Source: Octopus sinensis
Lineage: Eukaryota
DNA: 64,000 nt
Reading direction: 5' to 3'
Assembly (NCBI RefSeq): GCF_006345805.1
Contig: NC_043014.1
Coordinates: forward strand, 19,530,001 to 19,594,000
The notes under the pieces were generated by a model. That model did not search any database. It saw only the letters and a list, made by a program, of their open reading frames with translations, and was not told where the DNA came from. The first letter of the stretch is position 1, and every line of letters begins with the position of its first letter. Shown one piece after another: positions 13,530 through 28,511 of the stretch. Position numbers and translations under genes: made by a program.

Positions 13530-15225
13530 TTTTACAGGGAAACTGGCAAAAGCAAGATAGAATTAAAGGAACCACCTAAGACTGAGGAAATGGAAGAGTC
13601 CTGGAAGAAGATATGTTGCAACAAACAATATGATGCTGAAGCTCCCTGGGTAGAACGTGAGAAAATGAGACTGGATGAAGTTGAAGAGCAGAAATAGGAG
13701 GCAATAGGAGTAGAAGAGCTAAGGTGTGTTCTTAGGAAGTCTCATGTATGCAGAATCCCAGGACTGGACCGGACCCCTAATTTCTGGCTGAATTGTTTGA
13801 CAGAAGTACAGCAAAATTTTGCTGCATCCCTAACTGATGTCATCCAGAACCCAGAGCAAATACCTGCCTGGCTGATCAGAGGAACAACACACCTTCTACC
13901 AACAACTGAAGACAGGAAAAATCCAAAGAAACTACCGACCAATTATATGTCTCAACATCACGTACAAGATCCTAACATCAATACTATCAGAAAGAATATA
14001 CACTTTCCTGGAACAGACTATATACTTCCAAAAGCTCAAAAAGTTTGTAAAAGGAATTCTTATGGATGCAAATATCAATTGCTCATACATAAAATGTTTG
14101 TAGAGAATGGCCGGAGTAACAAGAGGAGCCTGAGTATTTCATGAATAGACTACAGGAAAGTGCTTGTTAGTGTCCCACACAATTGACTACTCAAGGCCCT
14201 TGAGATATACATGATATTTCCTGTAGTATCCAAATTCTTACAAGCTGGAATGGCCAAGTGGACTACATGTCTACTTCTAAACCGTAGTAATGGGATGAAC
14301 CAATGTAATAACATCAACATCGAACGAGGCATCTCTCAAGGTGACACCCTCTCCCTATTACTCTTTTGCATGGCACTGATCCCACTCTAAAACGAACTGA
14401 GAAACACCAGGCATGGGTTTAAAATGTATAATATTATAGTGAATCACCTCTTTTATATGGACGATCTGAAGCTGTTTGCTAGAAATGACGAAAAACTAGT
14501 GGGGCTGTTAACAAATGTTAAAGAGTTAGCAATTCTATCGGAATGGATTTTGGCTTTGAAACTTACCCTATCACAACTTTTGTGCCAGGAAAGCTCAAGC
14601 AAAAAGCTTCCATTGAATTAGATACTGACACTACCATCAAGGAACTTGACTCACAAGGAAGCTATAAATACCTGAGAATAAAATAAGGAAACGGTAACCT
14701 GCTACAATGAAAGAAAAATACGAAAGGAATGTTACAGAAGAATATGACGCATACTAAAACCTGAACTCAACTCCAAAAATCGCATCGAAGCCATTAACAC
14801 CCTGGCACTTCCAGTAGTCCAATACAGTTTTAACATCATTAACTGGAGCCTTACAGATCTCCAATGCCTGGACTTGAAGACAAGAAAACTACTAAGAACA
14901 TGCACCACCCAAAAGTAGACGCTGATCGTCTGTACCTACCTATAAGTAATGGAGGAAAAGGACAGATGCAAGTTGAACAGTATTTTAACACTTGCACAAT
15001 AGCAATGAAAAGTTACTTATCTAGCGCAGAGGACTGGATGCTGAGGCTTGTGTGCAAACCCGAAAGCAGCCAAATATCACTTTCTATTATCAAGGAAGCT
15101 TGCAATTTTGCAAGGGAACTTAGCATTAACTGTGAATTATTGAAGAACCTAAAACCACTCCCACAAAAAGAAAAAAACGGGTCAAACTGACTACAAAAAA
15201 GAACAGACTGAAGGAAATTAAGGAG
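13530..15225 (+). mobile_element. 5'-truncated, degenerate R4/Dong-like non-LTR retrotransposon (RT domain)
   Basis: Across frameshifts: NFWLN, NYRPIICLNITYKILTS, IDYRK, RGISQGDTLS, HLFYMDDLKLFA (YMDD at 14454-14465), RLYLPISNGGKG. It begins directly after an (AAT)n tract. Confidence 0.85.
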
Positions 15226-15228
15226 CGG

Positions 15229-15981
15229 TGGAGCTGCACAAAGCCGGATTTCACAGGAGTGTTACAATCAGAAAACCACTACTTTCAAAAACAAAAGTTG
15301 CCAAGTTTTTAGAGTGGAATAAAAACCTACAAAATTGGCTCCTAGAGCAGTGGAAAAATTATTTTCTCAGGCGAGTCATGCTTTACCTTATTTCCGACCA
15401 CCGGTCGAGTATACGTGAGGAAATAACCAAAAGAAGCATTTGACCCAGACTACCTCCTTCTAACAGTTGGAGGAGGATCTGTGATGATCTAGGGGGCTAT
15501 ATCTTTGAAGTCCGCCGGCCCAATGTTTTCCCTTCATGGCAGAATTAATAGTGATGACTATTTAAGCATTTTATATGATAAAATGCATCCCGTGTTATCG
15601 GAACTATTTCCAGAGGGAAATGCATTCTTCCAGGATGGTAATGTACCAGTTCACACAGCTAAAGTTGTTACTGAATAGCACGAAGAACATTCTAGTGAAG
15701 TTGAACAGCTTATCTGGCCACCACAGTCCCCAGATCTCTATATTATTGAACATTTATGGTGCATTTTAGAAAAACAAGGAGTCGATATCCTCCATCATCA
15801 TCACTACAAGAACTGGAAACTACTTTAGCTGAAGAATGGACAAAAATTCCTTTGGAAACAATGCAAGCTTTGTGCGAATTGTAGAATTCAAGCTGTAATT
15901 ACTGCCAAAGGTGGTCGTACTCCATATTAAAATAAATTTGCTTGAAATTTTAAGGTGTTTCTATTATTTTGTCTAACCCTG
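15229..15981 (+). mobile_element. Tc1-like DNA transposon 3' half, DD37E (TRT-like), inactive
   Basis: RKPLLS, IFSGES (first D mutated), FQDGN...WPPQSPDLYIIEHLW with 37 codons counted between D and E and an in-frame TAG. The 3' TIR ends GGTGTTTCTATTATTTTGTCTAACCCTG followed by TA. Confidence 0.85.
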
Positions 15982-16970
15982 TATACACACACAAACACAC
16001 ACACACACAAATACACACACACACACACACACACACACAAGTACATACGGACCTAAAAACTCGCGCGCGTAATGCTGGGTGGATTTCTGGTTTAACAGGT
16101 CCACATCCCTTCTTTCACTATCCCCTATTCCAACGTATTTTTTCTGTAATAGATATATATCTGTGCATGAGTGCGTGCTATGTTTGTGCATACGTGTTAG
16201 TGTGTATGTGCGCAAAGGTGTGTGTGCGCGCATGCATCCTTGTCCGCGTATTTATGTGTATGCATGTATTTGCGCCTCTTTTTTTTACATCAATTCCCGT
16301 GCAATAGTGTCACGGGGACAGGAAGAAATTTTAATCATCAAAAAGAACTGATTCTACTTTACAATGTTTATTCAGACGAAAAGATCTTAAATGTCAGAAA
16401 TATTTCCCTCTTCGTCTTAATATATTATACTGGAGAACATGAAAGCGCATGGCGAGGATGAAGTACACAGACACAGAAAGAAGAGAAGAGAGCGCCGAAA
16501 GGAGTCAGTGACGTATCTCATTCATCAAAGTATATTGACACAGCGTGACTGCAGTCGTCAGTATTTCCAAAGCTTTCACCGTCGTCACCCTCAATGATAT
16601 CATATATTAAATATATCCATTCCGATATATGTTATATCTGTCATCTCACATTCGTATTAGGTCCGTTAGCACCAGAATCGTTAAGTATCCACTCCGTCTC
16701 TCTTTCATTCCTTCTCTCTCCATCTTTCTTTCTCTCTCTCTATTTCTCTCTCCCTATCTACCCCTATCTCTTCCTCTCGCACACGCGCGCGCATACACAA
16801 GACAAGGCCCGTAATTAGTTGAAAATCCAAATATTCTGTGATGGAAATATGCAGAGTTCAATAAATTAAGTGAACTTCAGAAAGTGGAATAGGTTTTATG
16901 GAATGTATTTCTCCTAAATATAATGTCGGTCTTTTATCTTTACTAGAAATTATTAACACGTACTTCACAC

Positions 16971-17010
<40 letters not shown>

Positions 17011-17249
17011 GCCAATAATTCCAAAATGAATTAAATATGAGCTTTCTATTCATAAATATAAATATAGTTCAAATTGTATTCAAACAAGAGATACATCAAA
17101 GGAAAACAGCCAGGAATTTCGAGCGAACGGATGATCAGAACGTGTAACTCGGAGTACTGGAACTATGCACCTTTCAATTATAATATATGGAAGAACACCC
17201 AGCGCTTACATATATAGTTCCGTAATTTAGCGCTTCTAGATGAATCAAC

Positions 17250-17295
<46 letters not shown>

Positions 17296-17529
17296 TGTGT
17301 GTGTGTATTTGCAATTCGAAAACAACAAAACAGTAATTATAGTTTTAACATTCGTTCCTTCAGATTGCATAGTTTTGTAAGTAGAAATTATTTTTTATTC
17401 TACAAACTGTATTTTGTTCTCTTTTTACGGTCCTTTTTCTTGCATCGAAACACAATAATTATCATATGTGCAATCATCATTATTTGGATGTGTGTGCATG
17501 CATGCGTCTATGTATGTATGTGTGTGTGT

Positions 17530-17563
<34 letters not shown>

Positions 17564-19842
17564 GAGACAGAGAGTATGAATACTCGTATGGATAGTTGCA
17601 TATGTGTATGCACGTATATATAAAATCAAAAACCACAAGCGTTTCTCGTAAGTGAGCGCGTGTAAAAGACTGAAACTCTATGGAAGCCCTGGAATTCCAA
17701 GAGTCAGCTTCCTCACACATTGTGTTATTTTAGGTGTATCAGTATCTATGGAATTACAGTTCAGTTGATCAAACAATTAATATAGTCAATCGTCGAAATC
17801 AACGGATATCCGTTTACCTATAGTTTTATAATATTCATAATCAGTGATGCGCATGTGTAAAATGCCTGTTCATTCCGTTTGTACGTTTCTCTCTCACTCC
17901 ACCCCTTTCAACTTCATTTCTCCTCGAGGCTCTTTCTGTCTTTCCTTCTTTCCCTCTCACTTTGTCTCATTTATCTCTCTTCCTCTCTTTCTCTCTCTGT
18001 CTCTCTCTTCCTCCCTCTCTCTTTCTTTCTTTCTCCGTATCTTACATCTTTTGCGCCCTATCGCACATTAACATCTAGTTGTCATCGTGATTGAATAAGT
18101 GTCAGAATCTGAGATTGCATACTTAAAGTGAGTGAGAAGATGGCGTGTGAGTGAGGGAGTGAGTGAGTGAGTGAGTGAGTGTGTGAGTAAATGAAAGTGT
18201 GTACATATGTGAATGATATTAAATGAAGGAAGCAAAATGTACAAGTGGTGGTGAACAAACGGATAATCAATAGAAACGTTATGTCTTTATTCTAATCAAT
18301 CGTCATTCATTTGTTAAGACGTGGCCCAGTTACGGAAACTCGAGAAAGAAAAGAGATTAACAACAACAGCAGCAAAGACGACAGCAACCGAGAGAAAGGA
18401 AGAAAGAACATAGAAATGGAAACGAATGGATTTAGCTTAAGTCAGTTTTAAAAAATTAGCATAACAATTGGAAATGCTACTACAGCTAGGAATTTTAGCA
18501 TTTTCAAACGATTCTGACAATCGCCTCTGGAAAGAATAAAATATTTTCTTTATTGCATATCCTATTTATCATTGGAGCACTTATTTTTATGATTATTGTT
18601 TTTTAGATTCGTTCACACAAATAAACATGTATGCGTACATATATACAATGGTATGGTTTGTTGTGTTTTAGTTTGCTATGCATATGTCAACGTTAAAGAG
18701 CTGAACCAAGTATAAGCTCGTGATGAAATGTGTTGAGTAGATAAAACCACCAAATCTTAAAGTGTTTGAAGAGGACGCCATTTTGTCGGTAGGACATTTT
18801 TAGAATTAACGTGTGACCTACTCAAAGGACAGAATATGTTTTGAGAATGTCGAAGTATTGCTCTAATGGATTTTGTAGAAAATTCTTTAGATTTGCTTCA
18901 CATGGAAACTCTAATTAATTTATTGGTTTATAGATTAATGCGCTGATGCGAAGAACTATGCAACTTCTTGGAAGAATCAAGTTTCTCTTTCATTAGTATT
19001 GTATATTTAATTATTTATTTCTTTTGTACACACGTTCTTTGAAGGATGTAATCCAAAGAATTCAGTTTAGGTTTGGAGGAACAGTTACGGATCAAATATC
19101 GCATCTTTCTGTAACGCATCATTTTATACACAACACTACAAAATGTTGAAAAAAATCTAGCTACGGTTTTAAGTTAAAATGAATCAACATTTAGGACTGC
19201 CAAAACTACCGTTCTGATGGTGGCATTTTCTCATTTTCTCACTGTACAAGTGTTGTGTGTAGGAATCCTGAGTGCAAGTTGATTTTAAAATCAATATTTT
19301 ACATTTACAATGAATTTCTTGAATAAAGATTCAGAATAATTGGCTCATAATTTTTTCAATCAGCAGAGAAATAGTTTAATTTATCCAGCACTGCATAGAT
19401 TACATATAGTACATCATACTTCGATACAGTGTGGAATGAGAACCCAGTTGACAGACCACTGATATTAAATAAAGGATTATATATCTATCGAATGCAAATT
19501 AGTCGCTCCAGGTCCCTGAGATTATTGAATTTCTTGTATGTCTAAACAGACTAGATACGTGCTTCTCTGTCATTGGTCAAGTGATTTAGACACCTATGAT
19601 GAAAGCCTGATGAAGTTCGAAAATCGTTTAAGCCTGTTCACCACTTTCTTCAATAGTTAAATTTTCCCTATTTATATAGGTATTTCATATGCATGTACAC
19701 ACACAGATAGATGTAGTTATTCGTTCTGCTATAGGCACAATGCCAGAAATTTAGAGTATTGCCCACCATGTTCAAGTAGTGCCTATTTCACCGACTCTGA
19801 GATGAAAGATAAAGTCAAAATCTATGGAATTTGAGCTATGTT

Positions 19843-19895
<53 letters not shown>

Positions 19896-19918
19896 CTGTG
19901 TGTGTGTGTATGTGTGTG

Positions 19919-19954
<36 letters not shown>

Positions 19955-20326
19955 GTCAATATCCAAAGATCAATATGTAGGAAGTCAGTGAGCTTCAAGC
20001 ACTCAGTAGAAATTATGAAAAATAACTTTCAGGAACAATAATGGTTTATTGGTGCAGAAGGTTGTTCATTTTTCCCGTATCGAAGTACGATTAGTGGGAA
20101 AAATTTATTTTATAGTTCACGGTTAGCAACCAGATTTGTTGTATATGTGAATAGACATCTAAAATCCAAGGAATGGAAACTCCTAACGACAATGTAAACT
20201 TCATATAGTCAAGGTGTCCTCACTGTCTACCCCCTCATTTTAATAATGTACTACCTCCGAGGTACCGCTGGATTTTATCTACCTCATTCCCTCAATTATA
20301 TATATATATAATATATATATATATAT

Positions 20327-20366
<40 letters not shown>

Positions 20367-20427
20367 GGTGTGGTGTGTGTGTGCGTATGTATGTGTAAGC
20401 ATGTATCTATATATGTAAATATCTATC

Positions 20428-21330
20428 TATAAGCCTTATAGGAAACCCAATGATAGACAGTTATATTAATGTAGGTTCATGCCATCCCCCTATAGTATTC
20501 AAGAATTTAGTTTAAAATATTAGTAAGAGAATTTCTAGCCTCTCCGATAAGGACATTTTTAATAGCGTTGCCCCAGTATATAATAAGGCTTTAAAAGATA
20601 GTGGTTTTAGCGAAAAAATAAAATATACACCTGTTACTAGCCCAACAGTAAAGAAGAGGAAAAATAGAAATAGGAAGATCATCTGGTTTACACCCCCTTA
20701 CTCACCCGAGGTGACCTTCAATATAGGTAAATATTTCTTAACACTGATAGATAGACATTTTCCAGTTAACCATACTTATAGGAAACTCTTCAATAAACAC
20801 AATTTAAAAATTAGTTTTAGTTCAACTACCACTTTTAAAAATATAATCACACGTAACACACAAAAACCACAACAAGAAAACAGCTGTTCATGCAGGAATA
20901 AAAAAATTGTGCCCGCTAAATGGAGTTTGCATGTCCGAGACCATCATCTATGAAGCTACCGTAGACTCTATAACCACTAAAGATACAGTTTCAAAGAAGA
21001 AATACGTGGGCTTTACATAGGGTAATTTCAAGGCTAGGTTCAATAACCACACCTTGAATTTTAGGCACTGGAACAAAAGAAAAGCGACAAAATCATATTT
21101 GGTCATTAAAAGATAAAGGTGTCATCATTTGGAAGATTTTGGCCAAATGCAAGCCCTACATCAACGGCAGCGGAAAGTGCGGTCTATGCGACATGGAGAG
21201 TTGGCTTATCTGGAAAAGCAGCTTAGACCCTACTACATGTCTAAACTCAAGGACAGAACTTTTCCGATCATGCCCACATGTGACAAAAGTTTTGTTACGT
21301 TTTTGGTCCCCCCAAGAATACAGATAGAAC
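20428..21330 (+). mobile_element. Penelope-like element 3' portion (thumb, linker, GIY-YIG), degenerate
   Basis: KPYRKPND..YINVGSCHPP, YNKALKDSGF, RKIIWFTPPYS..TFNIGKYFLTLIDRHFP, TIIYEATV...KKYVGFT, KCGLCDME...CLNSRTEL..SCPH. Confidence 0.9.
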
Positions 21331-21669
21331 TTGCTTTCTATATTATGTCCCAAAAAGTTTTTTATCTCTTTATACCTTTTATTATTTCATATATTTTTAT
21401 ATTTTCACACATAATAATTTTTTCTGCACTTTTCCAACCTGCATTTCTTCCTATGCCTATATAGACGTGTATATAGATTCATTTGTACACATGTGTGAAT
21501 ATGAATGATTGGGCGGGTTTGCATGTATATAGATATGTGCGTATGTGCGGGCATAAGAATACATATATATATAGACGTTTTTATTTAGTATTTTTACAAT
21601 ATATGTGTACACTCATATATATTTATATATATATATACATACATACACACACACTCACACACACATACA

Positions 21670-21715
<46 letters not shown>

Positions 21716-21764
21716 CATATATATATATACACACACAGAAAGAGAAAGTGGGTAAGGCAAACAG

Positions 21765-21823
21765 ACAAATAGATAGATAGATAGATTGATTGATAGATAG
21801 ATAGATAAATAGATAGATAGATC

Positions 21824-21864
<41 letters not shown>

Positions 21865-21865
21865 C

Positions 21866-21960
<95 letters not shown>
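21765..21960. repeat. (GATA)n tetranucleotide microsatellite
   Basis: Directly visible. A similar tract lies at about 41678-41790. Confidence 0.97.
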
Positions 21961-21961
<1 letters not shown>

Positions 21962-23629
21962 TCCACAAGGTCCAATACTCAATTAGTCATGAGTTTATTT
22001 TCTTCGTAGGCAAATAAATATTCGCTATCGTTATTCAGATACGAACAAAAGCATTAATGAGGAGGCGAACCCAAAATATTGCAATCTGCTTGTTTTCACT
22101 AGACCGTTCTTATTAATTATATGAACTGATTTTCCAAAATTGGACGCTAAATGCAATTGATTCTAATTTTTATTTTGCTAATGAGAATGTAGCAAAATAT
22201 TTTATCCAGTGTAACTATTTCCCTTCTTTATTGTGCTTAGTAAAAAGAATGGCTCAACCAAAACTCTCAAGATGTTTACTTTCAATTATAACTCTTTAAT
22301 AATGATGCTGATATGATATGAATAGGATTGCCGTGAAATGATCTCCGGAAACGTATGAGCGACACAAAAACTCCCTTCGTAGCCAGTTTAGACTATATTG
22401 GGGTGGGGTGGGGGACAGAAAAACATGACAATTATTTTATGATCTATGGGCGTAACCTAAAATATAACCGCTAATACTCGTGAAAGAACCGTTGTATAAT
22501 ATAATTTTAAATATAAATGGTTCTACAAATACATTAAATTATCTTTTACGTGCATTTTAAATGACTAAATGACAATACGAAATATTTAATGTCATCCTTA
22601 CTCATGAAAACATACAAGAGCATATCAGCATATCAGAGCACCAACCAATAAATATATTTATGATCTAAAATTTTCGTATTGAGTTCTATTTCTCTTCATT
22701 GTATCAAACACATACAAGCATTAGTTTATTCGTATATATTACTGTGATGGTATGTACTTGTCTTGGTGAAGCATGATGCATGGTTCAGTGAATCTGTGAG
22801 CGAACCTGTTGGGTGTGTAGTGCTTCGAGAAGGGACAGCCATGAAAATAATGTGGAGGATTATCCCAGACTCAACTTGACGAAACCTCTTCAAGAACTTC
22901 TTCGAGAACCTCAGCGACGAAACAAATAAATGTGGGTAACAACAATGGCTGATCTCAATAACGTTTGAACTGGTGGAGGAGATTAATGCTAGACGGAATA
23001 TCTAAGAAGAATTCCACATTTTTATAGACAGTTCGTTGTAATTCGCCACCTCATTATGCATTTTGGAGCAGAGGATGGTCTATAAACCATACTTTGTGTG
23101 TGTATGCGTGTCTTTTTGTGTTCCTGTATATGTGAGTGTGTGCTTGTGAGCTCTCCTTGGCAAGATGAGATCCAATATAAACAAAACCACGCCTGATATT
23201 TATGTATCTGGGAAACAGCCACCACAGATGCACTCACACATAAAAGGAAGAATGAAAGATTGTGCGGGAGTATATGCGCGCGTGTGCTTGTATGTGAGTG
23301 TCTGTGTGAGTGTATGTATGCTGTGTATGTTCGTCTTGATGTTTAAATATGCATCTTCTATCTTAAATTTTGGGACTTGTCATGTCGAAACAAAATCAAT
23401 AGAAGTAATGTTAGCCCGTTGTTCTGCGTAATTTGAAAGAACTAAATAAACAATGCATTATGCCATAACGCTACATGCACAATGAAGCGGTCTAAGTGTG
23501 AATAAACAAACAACATTAACGAAAGAGCAATCAGTCCGTGAAGGATTTCTGTATTCTTCAAACAATATAGAACAAAGCAAATCCCTTGGTAATTCACCTG
23601 TGAAAGGTAATTATCTCAGTGATTTCACG

Positions 23630-23900
23630 TATGAATATATGTATGTATGTATGTATGTATGTATTATGTATGTATGTTTGTATGTATGTATTATGTATGT
23701 ATGTATGTATGTATGTATGTATGTATTATGTATGTATGTATGTATGCATGTATGTATGCATGTATGTATGTATGTATGTATGCATGTATGTATGTATGTA
23801 TGCATGGATGGATGGAGGGAGGGAGGGATGGATGGATGTGTGTATGTATGCACGTATGTATATATGTATGTATGTTTGTTTGTATGTATGTATGTATATT
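23630..23900. repeat. (TATG)n/(TGGA)n compound microsatellite
   Basis: Directly visible. Confidence 0.95.
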
Positions 23901-25354
23901 TTCTTTTGTTCTTTTTAATTTCCACTTGAATTTGACTGGTTACAAAGTAGCAAAGTTGTGAAGGAAATCATCTTGTCTGGTTAACATTCTTAAATCCCAA
24001 GAAGGCCTTACGAACTTATACTCCTCTGATATCATGAGCGTTGGTAGTGTATGAATTAAAGAGTTGCATGCCCTCCTCAAGATCCCAAGGGCAACAATAA
24101 TTTTCCAGGTGGTTTGCTGCGTATCCTGTTGCTCCAGTCTGAACAGGCTCGAAGCTAAAAGTATATCTTTGTTACTGGAGTTGCAAGCTCCGTATAAGTA
24201 GTCCATAGGTGTTTTCTTTCTCCTATATTACCCTAAACACGTTTCGTTTGCAGAAGGCAGTTGTTTTCCACAGTAAACTATTTGTTTTTTCTTGTGGTTC
24301 CGTACAATAATTGCTGACCGGAGGCAATTTAATTTTTATATTCCGCCAATATTCTTTTTTGAGCCAACGATCTCGATATAGCAAACGTCGCCTGCTAGTG
24401 TTTCATATATATGTGTATGTGTGTGAGGGGGTGTCTGTGTATGTATATATGTATATATGTGTATGTATGTATGTGGATCTGCAAAGAATGCATGCTTCAT
24501 TGATTATTGATAATATATACTACTGTTGGTAAATAAATGTATTTAGATGCACGAGTTTCTGTCTGTCCGTGTCTATACACACACATGCACACACATATAC
24601 CTACATACATACATAAATATGAAATTAACATCGGATATTCGAAAATAATAGTAAACAGTTCTATAAAATAATACAGATTCAAAGAAAATGCAAGAAATTC
24701 ATCAGAGCGTAGACCCAACAGAATGCATAAATCAAATAAAATTTATCATATGAATCAGACACATAAATCCTAACAAGCAGACGAATATATAATCAAAATG
24801 ACATAAAACGGATCACAGAATGCATTACACCCGGCCATAAACTTAAACTGATAATATACTACAAAAACACCACAGACAGAAACCTCAACACAAACATGTA
24901 AATTCGAGAACAAACTACTGATGACCAATATGCTCTACATATTTACTGCAATGTTTTAATTATGAGGCCTCTGTGTTTATTGGGCATGTTTGTACAACTC
25001 TCTCTCTCTCTCTCTCTCTCTTTCTTTCTCTCCCTCTCTCTCGTTAGCCCACTGTGCTTTTACCAGGAGCAATCGACAAAGCTATGGCACACACCACAAA
25101 ACAAAGACTGATGTAAAAATACCAGAGGCTAATACTCTATAAAATTCTCCTCAAAATAGAAGATCGTGTATGGAAGACATTCTCTTGTCGTAACACGTTA
25201 CTAAAATAAACAGGCGCATAACACATATCAAAACGATGAGTACAACACATTCAAATTTCGACCACAATAAAACAAATCTATACGGGGCTGCTGACGGAGG
25301 AGGCAGAGAGAATAAAAAAGAAAGGTTCGGCGAAAAGTTGTGCATGAATTTAAA

Positions 25355-25433
<79 letters not shown>

Positions 25434-26719
25434 GTATATGTGTATGTATGTATATATGAATGAAATATAGATAAGTGAAAAATTACGTAATTAAAACGAT
25501 AGACAGATTGGTAGAGATCCTCACTGAGAGATACATGTCTCACATTTTTCCTGTCCACCAACAAAATTTTTCTCTTTGAGATTCAGGTTGGGGATTCTAT
25601 AAACCAATAGGACTTAAAATCAACCAAAACCCACTTAAACACGAACAGCCGTTGGGATTGTATCCCCTAAGGTAATAGTTTATATTTAGGTTGATTGAAC
25701 GAACAATAGCTGAGTTGGGTGCAACAAGCTTTAAACCTATTTAAGGTATTATAGAAATTCATCGCTTCTCAATGTATCGCATATAATCTGGCATAGCATT
25801 CGTTCAATAAGCATTTCTACCCACTAAGGAGTGTTAAATGGAGTCCTCTCGTGACACGTACCTACACATTTTGTTTTCTATGTCGATAGGTTAGGTTACG
25901 TTAATTACGTTAGCTACATTAATTAACAACTGAAAAACCTATTTTATACAGGCCAGCGTGGAAGCAGCTAAAAGTATATTCGACTTTTAGAAATAGTACC
26001 CAAATCTCACTCAAATCACACGTACCATCCTAAAAATGGAAGAGCACATTGAAAATATAGCTTTAGGTATACCAAAATTTATAATGTTCGTGGCTAGAAT
26101 GCTTTTAATCATAAGCTCGTTAGATCAATGCTGCTTTCCAGTTTCGTGGGTGAGAGAGTTAAAATAGTATTACATGGCTTAAGTCCGGATTTTCTCTGTT
26201 GCAAATCTACGCCAAAACTAATAGCATCTTCACATAAATACTGTACAATAATGTCAGCTTTTTATAGATCAATTCTATAAAGAACGTGATCAGTTTTCTT
26301 ATTTAAATCACGTACTGGTTTTAATTTTCTTGATTTCTTCAACATTGGTCATCTCAGAATTCATCAAACTGAGTAAATATTTGTGAATTCGCTGACACCA
26401 AAGTTAAGCTAAATAGGTTTTCTTTTAATAATCCATCATAGAACGTTTACGTTTAACGCAATTTCTATTTATCTTTCTTTTATTCATCATTTATTTATCT
26501 GTTTGGACCCATCTTTCTGTCCTAAGTCTTTCTCTGTTTTCTTTCTTATCAGTAACATTTTACTTTTTAGCATTATTTCTTAAGCTATGCGTGCTAAAAA
26601 CAATGAAACTGATTAATGACAGAACGGACACCATGTCTAGAAAATTGGGCAGCGTAAGTCAATCAGGTGAACAAGTGATCGAGTGAGCAAGTCAGTAAAT
26701 ATGAATATATGTATGAGTG

Positions 26720-26768
<49 letters not shown>

Positions 26769-27949
26769 TTGTATGTATGTATGTATATATATGCGTAGTA
26801 GAGGTTGGGATGGATGAGAAGCACTCTTCAATAAGTAATTAGCTCCAGAGAAATGTAATGCAACTAAAAACTATTTTTTTTTATTTCTCTATATTTTTAT
26901 TTCATTCAGTCTTTGCTAATCTTAGCCATTGGTATTTCGTTCACTAACACGGTAGTGAATAATTGAAGATTTGCTATCTAGATTAATCTTCTCCGTTTCT
27001 CCTTTTCCGAGACACATGGCTTGTGGTTGATTAAATTGGATCTCGTAAAATGCAGTTCAAAAGAGGTCTTGAATTAATTCCATTCGTGAATGTCGATTTA
27101 ATTTTTTTTTTTCTATTTCTCACGTTCGACCATAAATAGCTTTATTTTTATTTTATATTTGTTAAAATTTATTCATCTCCATCTTCTGAAGGTTTTCACT
27201 GTTTCTACAGTTTAACTGCTTTACGACTCAACAGGTATTGTTATGTCAACTCTATTAGTCCATTAACGGTTTTTATTACAATAAATATTTTATTGCAAAA
27301 CTATAACTTCTCAAATGCATTACTACAGTATTACTGCTTTGATATTTTAAATAATCTAAATATTTTAATAATCTAATTGTTTTACAGATTCATCTCTTTT
27401 ACAATATTCCTACTCCACTGTCTGCCTATAATTACAGTATTACTATTCTAATTGTCATACTCTGTTAACTGTATTACATCTCTGAATCACTACCATACCT
27501 CTCTTCCTACATTAACTCTCTTATTAAATCTAACTATATTACTACTTTAATATTTTTCACTATGCTCTTTAATATTTTATATTACCATACAAATTTCTGT
27601 ACGACTATAATTTTTCTACTATCGTTACTGTACTGATACTGTATTTGTGTCATTAAACCATTTTACTATTTATACAGTATTACAAACGTAACACTAATGC
27701 TATTAGTGTAGTTAAACAGTAGAGCTTTGTGAAGTATAAGATTGCTTTTGCCTCCATAAACCTACTTAACATATTTACTCAGGAGAAATATTTCCATTAG
27801 CTCCCAGAAGCAGCAACAGTTTTGAGGTCATACTAAGGATGACTTCAAGGAAAAAGTATGAAGTTCAAACGCGCTTCCAACACATAACTTCAGACCGTCG
27901 CAGTTTCCTTATATAGAAAGTTGGTACTTCTTATATACAAAACCTATTG

Positions 27950-28125
27950 TTACTCTTTTACTTGTTTCAGTCATTTAACTGTGGAGCCTTTAGTCGAGCA
28001 CATCAACCTGAGGACTTATTCTGTGTGAGCCTAATACTTATTCTGTCGGTCTCTTTTGCCGAACCACTAAGTTACGACGACATATATACACCAGCATCGG
28101 TTGTCAAGCGAAGTTGGGGGGGGGA

Positions 28126-28163
<38 letters not shown>

Positions 28164-28345
28164 GATATATATATATACATATGACGGGTTTCTTTCAGTT
28201 TCCGTTGACCGAATCCACTCACAAGGCTTTGGTTGGCCCGAGGCTATAGTAGAAGACACATGCCCAAGGTGCCACGCAGTGAGATGAACACGGAACCATG
28301 TAGTTCGTAAGCAAGCTACTTACCATACAGCCACTCCTACACCTA
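27950..28345 (-). mobile_element. tRNA-derived SINE family A (internal microsatellite), near full length
   Basis: Minus strand: AGGAGTGGCTGTATGGTAAG head, GGCACCTTGGGCATGTGTCTTC domain, (TA)/(TG) tract, and tail ...AAATGACTGAAACAAGTAAAAGAGTAA. Homologous copies are listed separately. Confidence 0.85.
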
Positions 28346-28511
28346 TTGTATGCTAATGATACACAAACGTTTGAGAAAAACGTGTCCATTTGAAGAACAA
28401 CATTCGATTGAAACCCACAATTTCGAATAATCCCAAGAAGCATAATAAGGTTCAATTTACAAACTTTTGGATTCGTTGAGATATTTTAAAGACTAATAAT
28501 AAAATTAAAAC

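Noticed and set aside
19605-19640. CTGATGAAGTTCGAAA hammerhead-like core
   Set aside because: No pairable helix II, helix I or NUH site.
24915-24950. CTGATGA followed by an AATATG/CATATT stem
   Set aside because: GAAA and the cleavage triplet are missing.
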